Assembly (NCBI GenBank): GCA_050303855.1
Contig: JBNLCO010000010.1
Span: forward strand, 158,207 to 222,206
From: Candidatus Pacearchaeota archaeon
Lineage (GTDB): Archaea > Nanobdellota > Nanobdellia > Pacearchaeales > GW2011-AR1
DNA length: 64,000 nucleotides
Direction of reading: 5' to 3'
The notes beneath the pieces were generated by a model. The model did no database searches. It had not been told where the DNA came from and worked only from the letters and a program-made list of their open reading frames with translations. The stretch's first letter is position 1; every line of letters starts with the position of its first letter. Shown here in pieces: positions 46,043-56,128 of this stretch. Both the position numbers and the translations under genes were made by a program.

Positions 46043-47242
46043 TTAAAAAATTTCAGCAAGATCTTTTGTTAACTGACTACGTAAAGCATTACCTTTTTGC
46101 ATTTTTTCATTTTCTTTCTCAACATCTTTATTTAGGGTGTCAATTTGGTTTGCTTCATCTTTTAATACAGGAGTAATTTCATTTATGAATGTACGGTAAT
46201 TGTCAACTGCGCTTAAAGTGTGTTGAACGGCTTCAGTAATTTTCTGCATATCAATACCATTTTGGGCAGCAGTTTTGAACACTTCCACAACAGTTTCATT
46301 CAATTCTTTTGCATTCTCAACAAGCATATTGCCTGTTAAATCGTTCAGTGCAGCAAGGGCGTCGTTTACCTGTCTTGCATCTTTAACTGCCATTTTCTGT
46401 GTAAGGGCAATTTTTAAAGTATCAATGGTCATATCAGAATTCCTAATACCATTTATTAATTGACGATTAGTACGAACAATTACCTCAAAACTCATGATTC
46501 CTTGGTTTTTCACAACGCGTCCTTTTTCAAGAGCATTTATCCTTTGAGTTACGGGGAATAACATCTCTTGTTGTAGAAGATCTGCCCACTCTGTATCAGA
46601 GGCATTAGCTATTTCTTTTTCCAACTTTTGTTGCAATAATTTCGCAAACACTATAGCTTTTTTTATTGCCTTAATTTGATTCCTCATGTTTTCCTTCTCA
46701 CCATTAAGAGTAGTATTATTTCGTTCCAATTTCTCTTTTCCTTCTTTAAGGCCGTCCATAATGTCCTTAATTATTACTTTTGATGACTCATACTTCTCCA
46801 AGTATCGGCTTAATACATTTGGTCCAAAAGTTCTTCTTGTAAACCTTGCAGCCATCCCTCTTAATCCCCTGCCATTCCAATTAAATGTGTGAGGGTTCAA
46901 TGCATCAACCTGGTCCCTTAATCCCAAAAGACTATCAACAATTACCTTGTTACCGGCGCCTGTCATCAATTCTTTAATCTGCCTGTCAAGGAGTTCATTT
47001 GATCCGGAAGTCATAGCTGTATTTCCAATAAAATCTATACTATTGGTCTTATCAGAAGTTTTTACATCCTTATCTATGAGTTTTTGGAAAAATTGGTCTA
47101 CTTTAGGAGACACTTCCTTCACAATTTCAGGATCAATGTCTTCAACTTCAACCGTTTCTCTAAAATCGAGATCAGAATTGTTTTTTACATCGTTTTTAAT
47201 CTGATCTGCACTTGGAAATTCCATTACTTGTTTTTTTGCCAT
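46043..47242 (-). CDS. TelA-like (toxic anion resistance / KlaA) family protein
   Basis: About 400 aa, all-helical with long coiled coils. Length and architecture fit TelA/YaaN. Followed by an XpaC-like membrane protein as in Bacillus yaaN-xpaC. Confidence 0.45.
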   Translation of the reverse strand: MAKKQVMEFPSADQIKNDVKNNSDLDFRETVEVEDIDPEIVKEVSPKVDQFFQKLIDKDVKTSDKTNSIDFIGNTAMTSGSNELLDRQIKELMTGAGNKVIVDSLLGLRDQVDALNPHTFNWNGRGLRGMAARFTRRTFGPNVLSRYLEKYESSKVIIKDIMDGLKEGKEKLERNNTTLNGEKENMRNQIKAIKKAIVFAKLLQQKLEKEIANASDTEWADLLQQEMLFPVTQRINALEKGRVVKNQGIMSFEVIVRTNRQLINGIRNSDMTIDTLKIALTQKMAVKDARQVNDALAALNDLTGNMLVENAKELNETVVEVFKTAAQNGIDMQKITEAVQHTLSAVDNYRTFINEITPVLKDEANQIDTLNKDVEKENEKMQKGNALRSQLTKDLAEIF

Positions 47243-47271
47243 TTTTTCAAATTTTGGTTATTAAAAATATA

Positions 47272-48141
47272 CTATAAATCATCTAACAGGTTTTTCCTGT
47301 CATCTAAATCGTAATCTGAGAGCTGTAAAACAGCAGCACGTAATTCCATCATAGACTGTTCGATTTTTAATCGACTTTTGTGGTCTGTGGTGGTGATAGA
47401 GCCGATTTCTTTGGTTGCTTCATCAATTAGGGTCATTGCTTCTTCATTCTGAGCAAGCAACAAGTTTATTCTTTCAGTTTCATCCTCTAAAAGCTTAAGG
47501 CGTTTCTTCAAGGCTTCAAGTTCAATTCTTGTAGACTCCTTACTTCCATTATCCTTTCCTAATTTCTTTATCCTTCCTCTAATATAATCCCCATCTATAT
47601 TTTCTAGATTTTTTAGGATAAGGACAATTTCCTCCAAATTATTTGTTCCAGAATTTACAACTTCAAGAGCAACCGTATGATATTTTGCATAAACCATTTC
47701 AGAAGGATCAAACTTTTGGTCTAAAACTTCTTTCAACGCTTCAAGTTTTTCTTGTAATTTGTGAAACTGGCGTACACCCCTCTGAAGTCTAAAATTCTCA
47801 AGATCATGCATAACTTTCTCACGCTTTCTTTCATTGTGTTCTTCAATAATCTGGGTAAGCCTCTTTGTGTACTTTTTCTCAAACTTGTCAAATCCAAAGA
47901 ATAAAGGAAACCCCCAACGACCTGCAACAACAATGCCTCCTCCAATCACGGCAATCAGCCCAATATTCCATCCAAAAAGTAAGCCTGAAATGATCCCAAG
48001 AAAAGGCAAGGAATAACTGGCCTGTGTAGACCAGTCATTTTTGATGGATTCCTTTAAAGCTTTTTCTACAGCTTTTTCTGTAAAATCAGTAGCTGTAGGA
48101 ACTTTTTGGATACTTTTTGTTGTGGAATTATTTTTGCCCAT
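47272..48141 (-). CDS. XpaC-like membrane-anchored coiled-coil protein (TelA partner)
   Basis: Two N-terminal TM helices (LPFLGIISGLLFGWNIGLIAVIGGGIVVAG), then a coiled coil. Context-based assignment. Confidence 0.35.
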   Translation of the reverse strand: MGKNNSTTKSIQKVPTATDFTEKAVEKALKESIKNDWSTQASYSLPFLGIISGLLFGWNIGLIAVIGGGIVVAGRWGFPLFFGFDKFEKKYTKRLTQIIEEHNERKREKVMHDLENFRLQRGVRQFHKLQEKLEALKEVLDQKFDPSEMVYAKYHTVALEVVNSGTNNLEEIVLILKNLENIDGDYIRGRIKKLGKDNGSKESTRIELEALKKRLKLLEDETERINLLLAQNEEAMTLIDEATKEIGSITTTDHKSRLKIEQSMMELRAAVLQLSDYDLDDRKNLLDDL

Positions 48142-48143
48142 AT

Positions 48144-49697
48144 TTATTGAACAAGTACAAACTCCACCCTCATCATCCTTGCCCGATAACTTCTTGAGGA
48201 AGTGCTTTCTCCTGGTTTAAGTCTTGGAGGCTTTTCATCTGCATAACCCTTTGCATGAAGTCGATTTGAATCTATTCCATGAATAGCTATGAGATGCTGG
48301 CGAACCACATCTGCTCTTTCTTGAGAGAGTTTCAAATTAGCCTGTTTATCTCCTGAAGCAGTATGCCCTTGAATTAATATCCTGTACCCCGGATAATTGT
48401 TGGTTATAAGCATTGCCACTTCATTTATTATTTCTTCGGCTTGGAATTGTAATTCAGAGGTTCCTGCCTGGAAAGGAATATCTTGAACCCTCAAGTTTCC
48501 TGCCTCTGTCATATTGCCCCATGCTTTATCCTTGAGAGCATCAAAAGTGATGTTCTTTCCAGTAGTTGACCCTACAACAGCTCCTCCTGATCTAATCAAC
48601 CCTTCAATAAAACTACTGTTTATTATACTGTATGGATCTTCTACTTCTGCATCAATACCTACAGAATGGTGCACATTATTCCAAGCATAAATTGAATTAA
48701 CAATTCCCTCATCAATATTCAGCCCAGCATTATTTGCGGTATTTATTCCGAACAATTGCAAAGCATTATCGTGTAAGGTATACAAGCGAATATTCTTAAT
48801 CAAACTCTCGGTTTCACTTTTGGAAGTTCCAGCATCAATTTTAATCATTTTGAATCTCTCCTCATCATGACTATTGTAATATTCTACAACCTCATAATAA
48901 GTTTTTAATATTGTGTTAACCTCTTTCTCATCCCTAAGAATGCTCTTTTGGCTAAACACAAAAACATCCACAATATAGTTACGGAATTTTTCAGAACTCC
49001 AAACTTTCTTCATCCCAAGTTTTTCTTGTGCCTGGGAAACCTCTGGTTCCCACAATAAGAATAAATTCCCTAAAGATTTATCTTTTTGGGCTTTTTTAGC
49101 CAAAGAATAAACCTCTTTGGAACCTCCAAGACGAACAACAGCACAATTTCCATTGATCAAATTTTCCAAATCAAAATCAACGGCCGTCAAATTAAATAAG
49201 TCTTCACTTGGCGAATTGTCAGTTAAAACAAACTTCAGATCTGGGTCATCAAGATCATTAACCTTGTTAAATTGGAAATCCGGAAATGCCATAATTGCAT
49301 CAGCTCCAACCGATTCACATATTCCCCCTACAATCTTTCCAGGGAAATGATGTTTGAATCCTACACGTTTGTATGTGCTTATGGGAATTGCAATAAATTG
49401 GTATTCTCCTTTGTCAAACTTTTCCAATCTGGTTTCATAAGCCCCTCCATCATCAACAAACTTCAAAACAATGCCCTTGCGTGCTAAACGTTTCTTCATT
49501 TCGTGGGATCGAATCAGAGAATATCCGGCATATCCATCCCCTGCCCAAACAATCGTTTTGGCGGAAGAATTGGAGTCGGAAGATATTAGGCTATCCCGTT
49601 TCTCTTTCCATTGAGGGAAGAATTTAGCAAACAATAATCCAAGGGTTCCCAATATTAAGATTATAATAAAAATATAACCTTTTGATTTTCTTTTCAT
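48144..49697 (-). CDS. membrane-anchored SBP-like domain fused to C-terminal OmpA_C-like (peptidoglycan-binding-type) domain
   Basis: N-terminal TM anchor. C-terminal YRILIQGHTASGDKQANLKLSQERADVVRQHL is OmpA/MotB C-terminal domain-like. Confidence 0.55.
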   Translation of the reverse strand: MKRKSKGYIFIIILILGTLGLLFAKFFPQWKEKRDSLISSDSNSSAKTIVWAGDGYAGYSLIRSHEMKKRLARKGIVLKFVDDGGAYETRLEKFDKGEYQFIAIPISTYKRVGFKHHFPGKIVGGICESVGADAIMAFPDFQFNKVNDLDDPDLKFVLTDNSPSEDLFNLTAVDFDLENLINGNCAVVRLGGSKEVYSLAKKAQKDKSLGNLFLLWEPEVSQAQEKLGMKKVWSSEKFRNYIVDVFVFSQKSILRDEKEVNTILKTYYEVVEYYNSHDEERFKMIKIDAGTSKSETESLIKNIRLYTLHDNALQLFGINTANNAGLNIDEGIVNSIYAWNNVHHSVGIDAEVEDPYSIINSSFIEGLIRSGGAVVGSTTGKNITFDALKDKAWGNMTEAGNLRVQDIPFQAGTSELQFQAEEIINEVAMLITNNYPGYRILIQGHTASGDKQANLKLSQERADVVRQHLIAIHGIDSNRLHAKGYADEKPPRLKPGESTSSRSYRARMMRVEFVLVQ

Positions 49698-49790
49698 AAC
49701 GATTTTAATTTTAATTGTTAATTTAAAATCAAAAAGAAGGAAAGGCTAACCATTCCTCCTTTTTGGGAAACTAATTTATTTTGCAGTATC

Positions 49791-50543
49791 CTATTCTGAG
49801 AATAGAGATTCGTCAAACACACTAGGATCAAATACTTCCGTTTCACCTACAACTTCCTCCAGAGCCTTTTCGAGACTTTGATAATCATTGGCATCACGGT
49901 AATACCTAGAGTATTGTTTTAAAGTGTGTTCCCGGTCAAGACACAATCCAATAGTGTATGTCATAATAAATGGATATTTTGATGCGTGATTCACTGCATC
50001 CAAAATCTCTTCTTCATAAGCTTCACCATCAGTTACAATTACCAAGTTATATTCTCCATAACCCAATTGTTTTTTATATTGTGCAACAAGGCGATCAACA
50101 CCAAACTTCATTGCATAACCCAAAGGGGTCCCTCCGCTTGCACTACTCTTTGTTATGGCTTTCTCAAATGCGGCCCGGTTATTTGATCCTATTGGAACTA
50201 CTTCTTGGCAATCATTCTGTCCGCCATTGCCATATATCAACAAACCAAGATTTACATCTGAAGGTACTTTCTTAAGGAACCTTTTTACTGATTCTTTCGC
50301 ACCATCTATTTTTCTATTTCCAGAACAACGATCACTCATGCTTCCACTACCATCAAATATAAAATAGAAGTTTCTGGTTATTGAAATTTCTCCAGCACTT
50401 TTCTCAAAGGTTATCACCTGAGGTTGAGTCCCTTTTTCTTTCTGTCCCTGATTATCTGAAGAAGAATTGTCAGGAGGATTATAAGTACAGCCCGCAATTA
50501 GGACAATTAATCCAATTAGTAAGAATAATTTTTTGTTTTTCAT
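49791..50543 (-). CDS. von Willebrand factor type A (vWA) lipoprotein
   Basis: Lipobox LIAGC from the internal Met (the track ORF extends to 50606). MIDAS-like DGSGSM..GGTPLG..VTDGE. A GGGGG SD lies upstream of 50543. Confidence 0.65.
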   Translation of the reverse strand: MKNKKLFLLIGLIVLIAGCTYNPPDNSSSDNQGQKEKGTQPQVITFEKSAGEISITRNFYFIFDGSGSMSDRCSGNRKIDGAKESVKRFLKKVPSDVNLGLLIYGNGGQNDCQEVVPIGSNNRAAFEKAITKSSASGGTPLGYAMKFGVDRLVAQYKKQLGYGEYNLVIVTDGEAYEEEILDAVNHASKYPFIMTYTIGLCLDREHTLKQYSRYYRDANDYQSLEKALEEVVGETEVFDPSVFDESLFSE

Positions 50544-50562
50544 CTTAATTTTCCCCCTAATT

Positions 50563-52275
50563 TTATTGATATAATGATGGATCAAATTCAAGTGATTCTG
50601 ACTCAAGATTTTTTATCCTAAAAACAACCCTGAAATTTTCAAGCCACTCATCTTTAGTTGAGGGTTTTGGATACTTTGGAGAATCCACCCCACGTCCAGT
50701 TGCATGCATTTGGGTTTTGTCTACAACGATGCCTCTTGTCTTTGCGTATTTTACAAATACTTCTTCAACCATTTTTGCTCTCTCTACTGAAAGATTCTTT
50801 GCAATTTGAGTTATTTGGGCAATCTCTTGATTTGAAGCACCACTTTTCTTTGCTTTCAATATTCCTCCTCTATCAGAATGACCTTCTATAACAACTATTG
50901 CACCTGCATAAGTTTCCATTATATCAAGAGCTTTGGCAAATTGAGTTTTGTACTCTTCAACTGTAAAATCCTGTTGATTTGGTTTGAAATAAATTTCAAC
51001 AACAAACAAAGTGTTATCTGTTTCCCAGGTATCTGACTCCGCTTTAATTTTACTTTCTATAACTTGAGCTACTTTCTTTTCATCAAATTTTGGCTGTGAC
51101 TTAACTACAGGAGTTGTGGTTGTTGCAGTTGCATATTTAAGACCTGACTTCAAAGAACTATAATCCCAGTTCGCCTGCTTAAGATTAGCGTTTCCTGTCA
51201 AAAGACCCATTTTAGCAAAAGAGGATTGAATTTCAGAATTCAATTTATCAAAGTTCCTAGTTGTTCCTTTACCTGTAAAGAAAGCAAAGTTTCCATTAAA
51301 ACCGGCAAATTCGCAGTCACCAATCATTGCTTTTGCATCTTCACTCATAGAAGTTGTTCCAAAAAGCAGACCAGAAGATTTTGACATTAATTGTTCGTAT
51401 TTAGATTGCTGAGCACTTTTATTTTTTAACAGATCGCTCAACTTTTCTTCTGACATCATTAATGCCTTTGTTAATTTTTGTACTTCTGATTTATGGCTGT
51501 TGTAATAATCTTCCCTCACAGCATATACATCTGCAATTATTCTGCTTGCGGATTTGGTGGAAACGTAAATCTTTGCTCCTTTGACTGAACCATCAGCACC
51601 AGTGCCAACGTTTCCATTTGAAGTTAAAGCTAAAGCATCGGGGATTATACAAAATGCAGCATCCAATGAAGGATCACCAATGAAGGATTCAACAGGATTA
51701 CTTTTTCCAAAATCATTATATGACAATTCTTTTGTCCATTTAAATGAAACAGTATTTAACCTTCCCGCCTTATTAAAAATATTTGCTGCATAATCCATAT
51801 GAGGGCCATATAGCTGCAATGCAACTGTTTTGATATTAGAAGGGGTTTTTCCACTTCTTACAACAAGGGCATCTCCGCCTACAGACCAGGTTAATTTATA
51901 AAAAACAACTAAACCTGTACCTGCTTTTTGAAATGCTTCTGCGGCTTCCTTAACCATCCCCATTGTTCCTCTCAAGTACGGGGTTTTTCCATTAATCACA
52001 TCCTGAACCTGCTTTTTGAAATCATTTTCACAAAATAACTCCACATTTAACCCATTAGACGAAAACACCCCTTCCATTTCTCCATAGATTGTTAAAATAT
52101 CTCCACCCCAGGTGATTAAAGGAACAGGAATTTTAGATCCCATTTGAACTGGTTTTAAAGAAGTATTTACCACCTGCGATAAAGGTTTTGCTGTTTCAAA
52201 ACTTTGCGCAAAAGTATTTCCAAAGAATAATGTTGTTAAGGTCATAATAAGACCAAAAATAATTAATTTTTTCAT
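50563..52275 (-). CDS. secreted SBP-like domain fused to C-terminal OmpA_C-like domain
   Basis: Signal peptide ..NTFAQ. C-terminal VVIEGHSDRGG...NQEIAQITQIAKNLSVERAKMVEEV is OmpA_C-like. Confidence 0.55.
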   Translation of the reverse strand: MKKLIIFGLIMTLTTLFFGNTFAQSFETAKPLSQVVNTSLKPVQMGSKIPVPLITWGGDILTIYGEMEGVFSSNGLNVELFCENDFKKQVQDVINGKTPYLRGTMGMVKEAAEAFQKAGTGLVVFYKLTWSVGGDALVVRSGKTPSNIKTVALQLYGPHMDYAANIFNKAGRLNTVSFKWTKELSYNDFGKSNPVESFIGDPSLDAAFCIIPDALALTSNGNVGTGADGSVKGAKIYVSTKSASRIIADVYAVREDYYNSHKSEVQKLTKALMMSEEKLSDLLKNKSAQQSKYEQLMSKSSGLLFGTTSMSEDAKAMIGDCEFAGFNGNFAFFTGKGTTRNFDKLNSEIQSSFAKMGLLTGNANLKQANWDYSSLKSGLKYATATTTTPVVKSQPKFDEKKVAQVIESKIKAESDTWETDNTLFVVEIYFKPNQQDFTVEEYKTQFAKALDIMETYAGAIVVIEGHSDRGGILKAKKSGASNQEIAQITQIAKNLSVERAKMVEEVFVKYAKTRGIVVDKTQMHATGRGVDSPKYPKPSTKDEWLENFRVVFRIKNLESESLEFDPSLYQ

Positions 52276-52338
52276 AATTTAAAATTTAATTTGTTTGACT
52301 CTTTTATAAAAATTTATTAATAATTATTTAACTAAAAA

Positions 52339-52539
52339 TTAGTTCTTTTTCCTTATTATAAAATGCCACAATAAGAAGATAATTATTGCGAAACCAAGGA
52401 AAGAAAATATAATGCTCAGAGCGAATGAAAATATTCCACCCAGAAGAACAAAAATTGCCCGAACGATCCCCAATTTAAAAGCGAGGAATACTGCAATAAG
52501 AATAATTGTCCAAAATAAACCACCTTTTTGTTTTTTCAT
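52339..52539 (-). CDS. small two-TM membrane protein
   Basis: 66 aa, two hydrophobic helices. Confidence 0.4.
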   Translation of the reverse strand: MKKQKGGLFWTIILIAVFLAFKLGIVRAIFVLLGGIFSFALSIIFSFLGFAIIIFLLWHFIIRKKN

Positions 52540-52544
52540 TTTTT

Positions 52545-53423
52545 TTATTTTTTAATGATTAATTCTTCCATTTGATCAATGACTTTATTTGCTTGCCATT
52601 GATAATAAGAGACTTTAACTTCTCTAAAAGAGCTACTTGATTCTCTCAATATTGAATTGCATCTACTCACAATCGATCTAGAAAAAATACCCATTTTGTC
52701 TGTAAATACATTATACTCATCGTAAGCAGATTCTTTTTTCCGCCTAATAACAAGACTATCCATATACCCCTCAATTGAAATCGATTCCATAGGGGTTGTA
52801 TATTCGTAGAGGATCCTATCTTCAACTTGATTTCCTAATTTGTTATCTTTGCTGGTTGCAGAAAATCTTTCGTTATAATTGAGAATCAGTATAAGAGTTA
52901 CATTATTGCCTTCTTCAAAAAGTTCTATATCCTGAGATTTTCTAAGCCACACATTAGCTAGCGTATCCAAAATCAAATTAAATTTATCTTCCATAAACTG
53001 ATATGAACTTTTGAAGTAATCCTTTTTACTCTCCAAAATCTTAAGCCCTTCTTCAACAATCAATTCGTCTACCTTATCTTTATTTACAAAATGTTTTATA
53101 GTATCAAACCCATAGATAATGAATATAGAATCTGCTGTTATGTGGATTTGTTTTGTGAAATCTTTGGCATGGTGAATAACAGAATATTTATCCTGGTTAT
53201 CTCCAAAAACTGTATCCACAGGGTCATCAACAAACAATTCTGTAATGCTATCGGAACTTATCTCAAGAGTCATTGTGGAATGATATGCATCGTTTATCAT
53301 TTCCTGTTTCTCTGTTAAAACAAATAAATTGCCATTGTTGTTTAAAACAATTTTATTATTATATTCTCCAGAGTTACAGGAAATGAAGAACAGAGTTATG
53401 AGAAATTTAAATAAATTTTTCAT
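52545..53423 (-). CDS. putative lipoprotein
   Basis: LITLFFISCNSG lipobox. Confidence 0.5.
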   Translation of the reverse strand: MKNLFKFLITLFFISCNSGEYNNKIVLNNNGNLFVLTEKQEMINDAYHSTMTLEISSDSITELFVDDPVDTVFGDNQDKYSVIHHAKDFTKQIHITADSIFIIYGFDTIKHFVNKDKVDELIVEEGLKILESKKDYFKSSYQFMEDKFNLILDTLANVWLRKSQDIELFEEGNNVTLILILNYNERFSATSKDNKLGNQVEDRILYEYTTPMESISIEGYMDSLVIRRKKESAYDEYNVFTDKMGIFSRSIVSRCNSILRESSSSFREVKVSYYQWQANKVIDQMEELIIKK

Positions 53424-53851
53424 TTTTTCTCAAGTGTGTCGCTAATTTTGCGGAGTTTTTTGGCAATCCAACCAATAGTTCTCTCCTTTCCTAATTTTAA
53501 ATCCCCCTCCATTTTTGTAATTAGACTGGAGACCCCAATTGTTCCCTCAAGGAGGGCATCAGCAATTTTATCCCCAAACCGAACTTTTAGGTAAGCTATC
53601 TCGGCCTGAGGAGTTAGTTCAACCACAGCAACATTCTTTTTTATGGACCAGGATATAACTTCAAGAGCGTTTAAAGATTTCAACTCGTTATTAATTTCTT
53701 TAGAATCAAACTCTTTTGAGAGTTTTACTATTAAAGATTGTCTCCCGCATTTTTTGTTTTCACTCTCGAGAATTGAACAAACAATGATTACTTTTAATTC
53801 ATTAGAATTAACACCTAATAACCCCAATACTTTTTTACTAATTTCTTTCAT
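53420..53851 (-). CDS. hypothetical protein
   Basis: 143-aa ORF. Conserved upstream motif at 53852-53880. Confidence 0.45.
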   Translation of the reverse strand: MKEISKKVLGLLGVNSNELKVIIVCSILESENKKCGRQSLIVKLSKEFDSKEINNELKSLNALEVISWSIKKNVAVVELTPQAEIAYLKVRFGDKIADALLEGTIGVSSLITKMEGDLKLGKERTIGWIAKKLRKISDTLEKK

Positions 53852-53989
53852 TTTTTTAAAATTTTAATTGTTAATAATTTGATCTAATTCCGTGGATAAA
53901 AATTTTGGGTTTCTAATTTTGGTAATTTAAATCAGGGAGAATGATTTTGAAATTGATTTTTCATTTCTTTAAAATATTAATTGTTAACT

Positions 53990-54574
53990 TTATTTCGCCT
54001 TTTCAATTTCATGCAAATAAAGGTAGTCCACTTCGTTTAAAATACGATAGAGATAACTTCCACCACAGCCACACCCGCTATTTTCATATTCGCGAACGGT
54101 TGGAAAAAATATTTCCCCTCCTTCTCTTAAATATTCTAGGGATATTGCAGGAGAAAGTTCATAATTATAAGATTTTAGTTGCATCAAATATTCTTTTTCT
54201 CCATTAACCTTTATTTTAACAATAATGCCCGCATAATCATATATGGTGACGTTATTCAAAGCTTTACCTCCTTCCGAAAGTATCAACCCTCCATTTCCTC
54301 CATTTGCCTCCATCCGAATGTGGTTTATAGATAAGGCATCATCTTCTATGTTCATCAAACCAATGTAAGTAACGATACCTTTTTCGTAGCTTTTCTCCTC
54401 CAACCCACCTTCAGAAGACCTAATATTGGTGCTTCCAGGGTGAGCGATTGATGGAACTTTTTCTCCAAGAGTTTCATAACCATTTGGAAGAAAAACTTGT
54501 TCATAATTCTTTTCTGCGCATCCTAAAATCAAAAAGAGGATCAATAAAATTGAGGATAATAATTTTGTTTTCAT
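53990..54574 (-). CDS. putative lipoprotein
   Basis: LILFLILGCAEK lipobox. Gly-rich C-terminal part. Confidence 0.5.
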   Translation of the reverse strand: MKTKLLSSILLILFLILGCAEKNYEQVFLPNGYETLGEKVPSIAHPGSTNIRSSEGGLEEKSYEKGIVTYIGLMNIEDDALSINHIRMEANGGNGGLILSEGGKALNNVTIYDYAGIIVKIKVNGEKEYLMQLKSYNYELSPAISLEYLREGGEIFFPTVREYENSGCGCGGSYLYRILNEVDYLYLHEIEKAK

Positions 54575-54645
54575 TTTTTGTTAAATTTAAATGATTAATA
54601 ATAAATTGGATCTTTTTTCAAAAGAGGGTTTTTAGATTTAAGATA

Positions 54646-54927
54646 TTAATCTGTTTCCTCTTCCTCACAATCATCATCTTTCGGCAACTGCAGCGATTCT
54701 CCTTCGCATTCTAAAATGCAACCTGTTGCAGGAACTACCAATAAATCGGCTTTTTCAGGATCTTCCTCCGAGGCAAAAGCTGCAGATACGAAACCAAAAT
54801 TGTTTTTGCCCTTCTCAGGTTTATAATTGCGAGGATGATAATAATGTAATTCATCTAAAACTCCTGGAGAACACTTGTCTTCCTGAACTTCAGTGAGATT
54901 AATGAAACTTCCCCAGATCATAGTCAA
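54646..54927 (-). CDS. small acidic hypothetical protein
   Basis: 93-aa ORF ending DDDCEEEETD. Confidence 0.35.
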   Translation of the reverse strand: MTMIWGSFINLTEVQEDKCSPGVLDELHYYHPRNYKPEKGKNNFGFVSAAFASEEDPEKADLLVVPATGCILECEGESLQLPKDDDCEEEETD

Positions 54928-54980
54928 GCTATGGAATTTTTGAATACATAATTTAATTTATTTAATGTTACTAATTTAAA

Positions 54981-55850
54981 CTAAAATATCTGTCCTAACA
55001 GATATATATTGAACGAATTAATAGTGCTTCCAAAACCAACCGCACAGTTTTTTAGATGTGCTGAAGGATAGTCAAAGAAATGGAGGAAGATTAATTCAGT
55101 GTATAATTTGTCTGAATTGGTTTTTTCATGATCGTACACCATGTCAACCGATAGGGCAAATTGTTTTTCTTTACCTAACTTGGTTTGCATATATCCCGAC
55201 TGGATATTTTCTCTACAATACCCAAACACAGTCACTCTTTCCTTGAATAATGAAAGATTAATTATTCCTCCTGGGCTGCTTCCCGAAAGGTAGAACCCCA
55301 AGCTTGAACCCTTATATCCAAGAACAATTTCTGATCTTAAGCTATCTCCCAGATTAGGCCCATCTTCACCTACGCCTAAACCAACCCAAAAATCATTTTG
55401 GAAACAATATTTAATATCTACGTGTTCCGTTTTTCCTGGAACCTGTCTTTGGGACATAAATGAAGCTTGAGAAGCAAGGTCAAGAGGATGAGGAGTAAAT
55501 TTGGTTATAGGTGTTGCCGAAATCCCCATTGTTGCTTTAAAGCCATAATCGGATGTATCTCCAAAACAAACATAGGGTATACCTAAACTCCATCCATCAT
55601 TACTGCTTAATTCAAGAACTGCATCATAATTTATACGCACATTTTTGTTTACATTCAAACTAAAATATGCTCCAGTTCGCATTTGAAAATCTGCATTTGA
55701 TTTGTCTAGGTTTTCGTACCCTGTTGAAAGGTAATTAAGAGCTCCCAAATAGGGAGTAACGCTAAATATCCTGTTTTCAGAGATATCCATTTGGGAATTA
55801 ACTCCTTGAGTTAAAATGGATATCAAAATAAGAAGAATTATTTTTTTCAT
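54981..55850 (-). CDS. secreted beta-barrel-like protein (alternative longer ORF to 56114 includes an N-terminal TM peptide)
   Basis: Internal Met gives signal peptide MKKIILLILISILTQGVNSQ. Beta-rich with aromatic termini. Confidence 0.45.
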   Translation of the reverse strand: MKKIILLILISILTQGVNSQMDISENRIFSVTPYLGALNYLSTGYENLDKSNADFQMRTGAYFSLNVNKNVRINYDAVLELSSNDGWSLGIPYVCFGDTSDYGFKATMGISATPITKFTPHPLDLASQASFMSQRQVPGKTEHVDIKYCFQNDFWVGLGVGEDGPNLGDSLRSEIVLGYKGSSLGFYLSGSSPGGIINLSLFKERVTVFGYCRENIQSGYMQTKLGKEKQFALSVDMVYDHEKTNSDKLYTELIFLHFFDYPSAHLKNCAVGFGSTINSFNIYLLGQIF

Positions 55851-56128
55851 TTTTTCATTTTTAATATTTGATTTATTATAATCGACAACTGAGTCAATAA
55901 AGAAGTTTAATACTTCATTTAACATGTTAAGGATTATTATGCTAAAGAATACCGCAAACACCATCCCACTTATTAAGAATGTTGTTGCGATTATCTTAAA
56001 AGCGATACGCTCAAAGATTAAAGCTAATGCGTTAAAGAAGAACATTCCAACAAGAGAGATCCAAAATAGCTTCTCTCTTAATGGAGGATCAAAGATTTTT
56101 AATTTTGTGCTCATGTTTGAGTTCTAAA

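Noticed and set aside
50544-50606. N-terminal 21 aa of the vWA ORF (MSQNHLNLIHHYINKIRGKIK)
   Set aside because: The internal Met gives a canonical lipoprotein signal peptide, has an SD (GGGGG) and removes a 44-nt overlap with the upstream gene.
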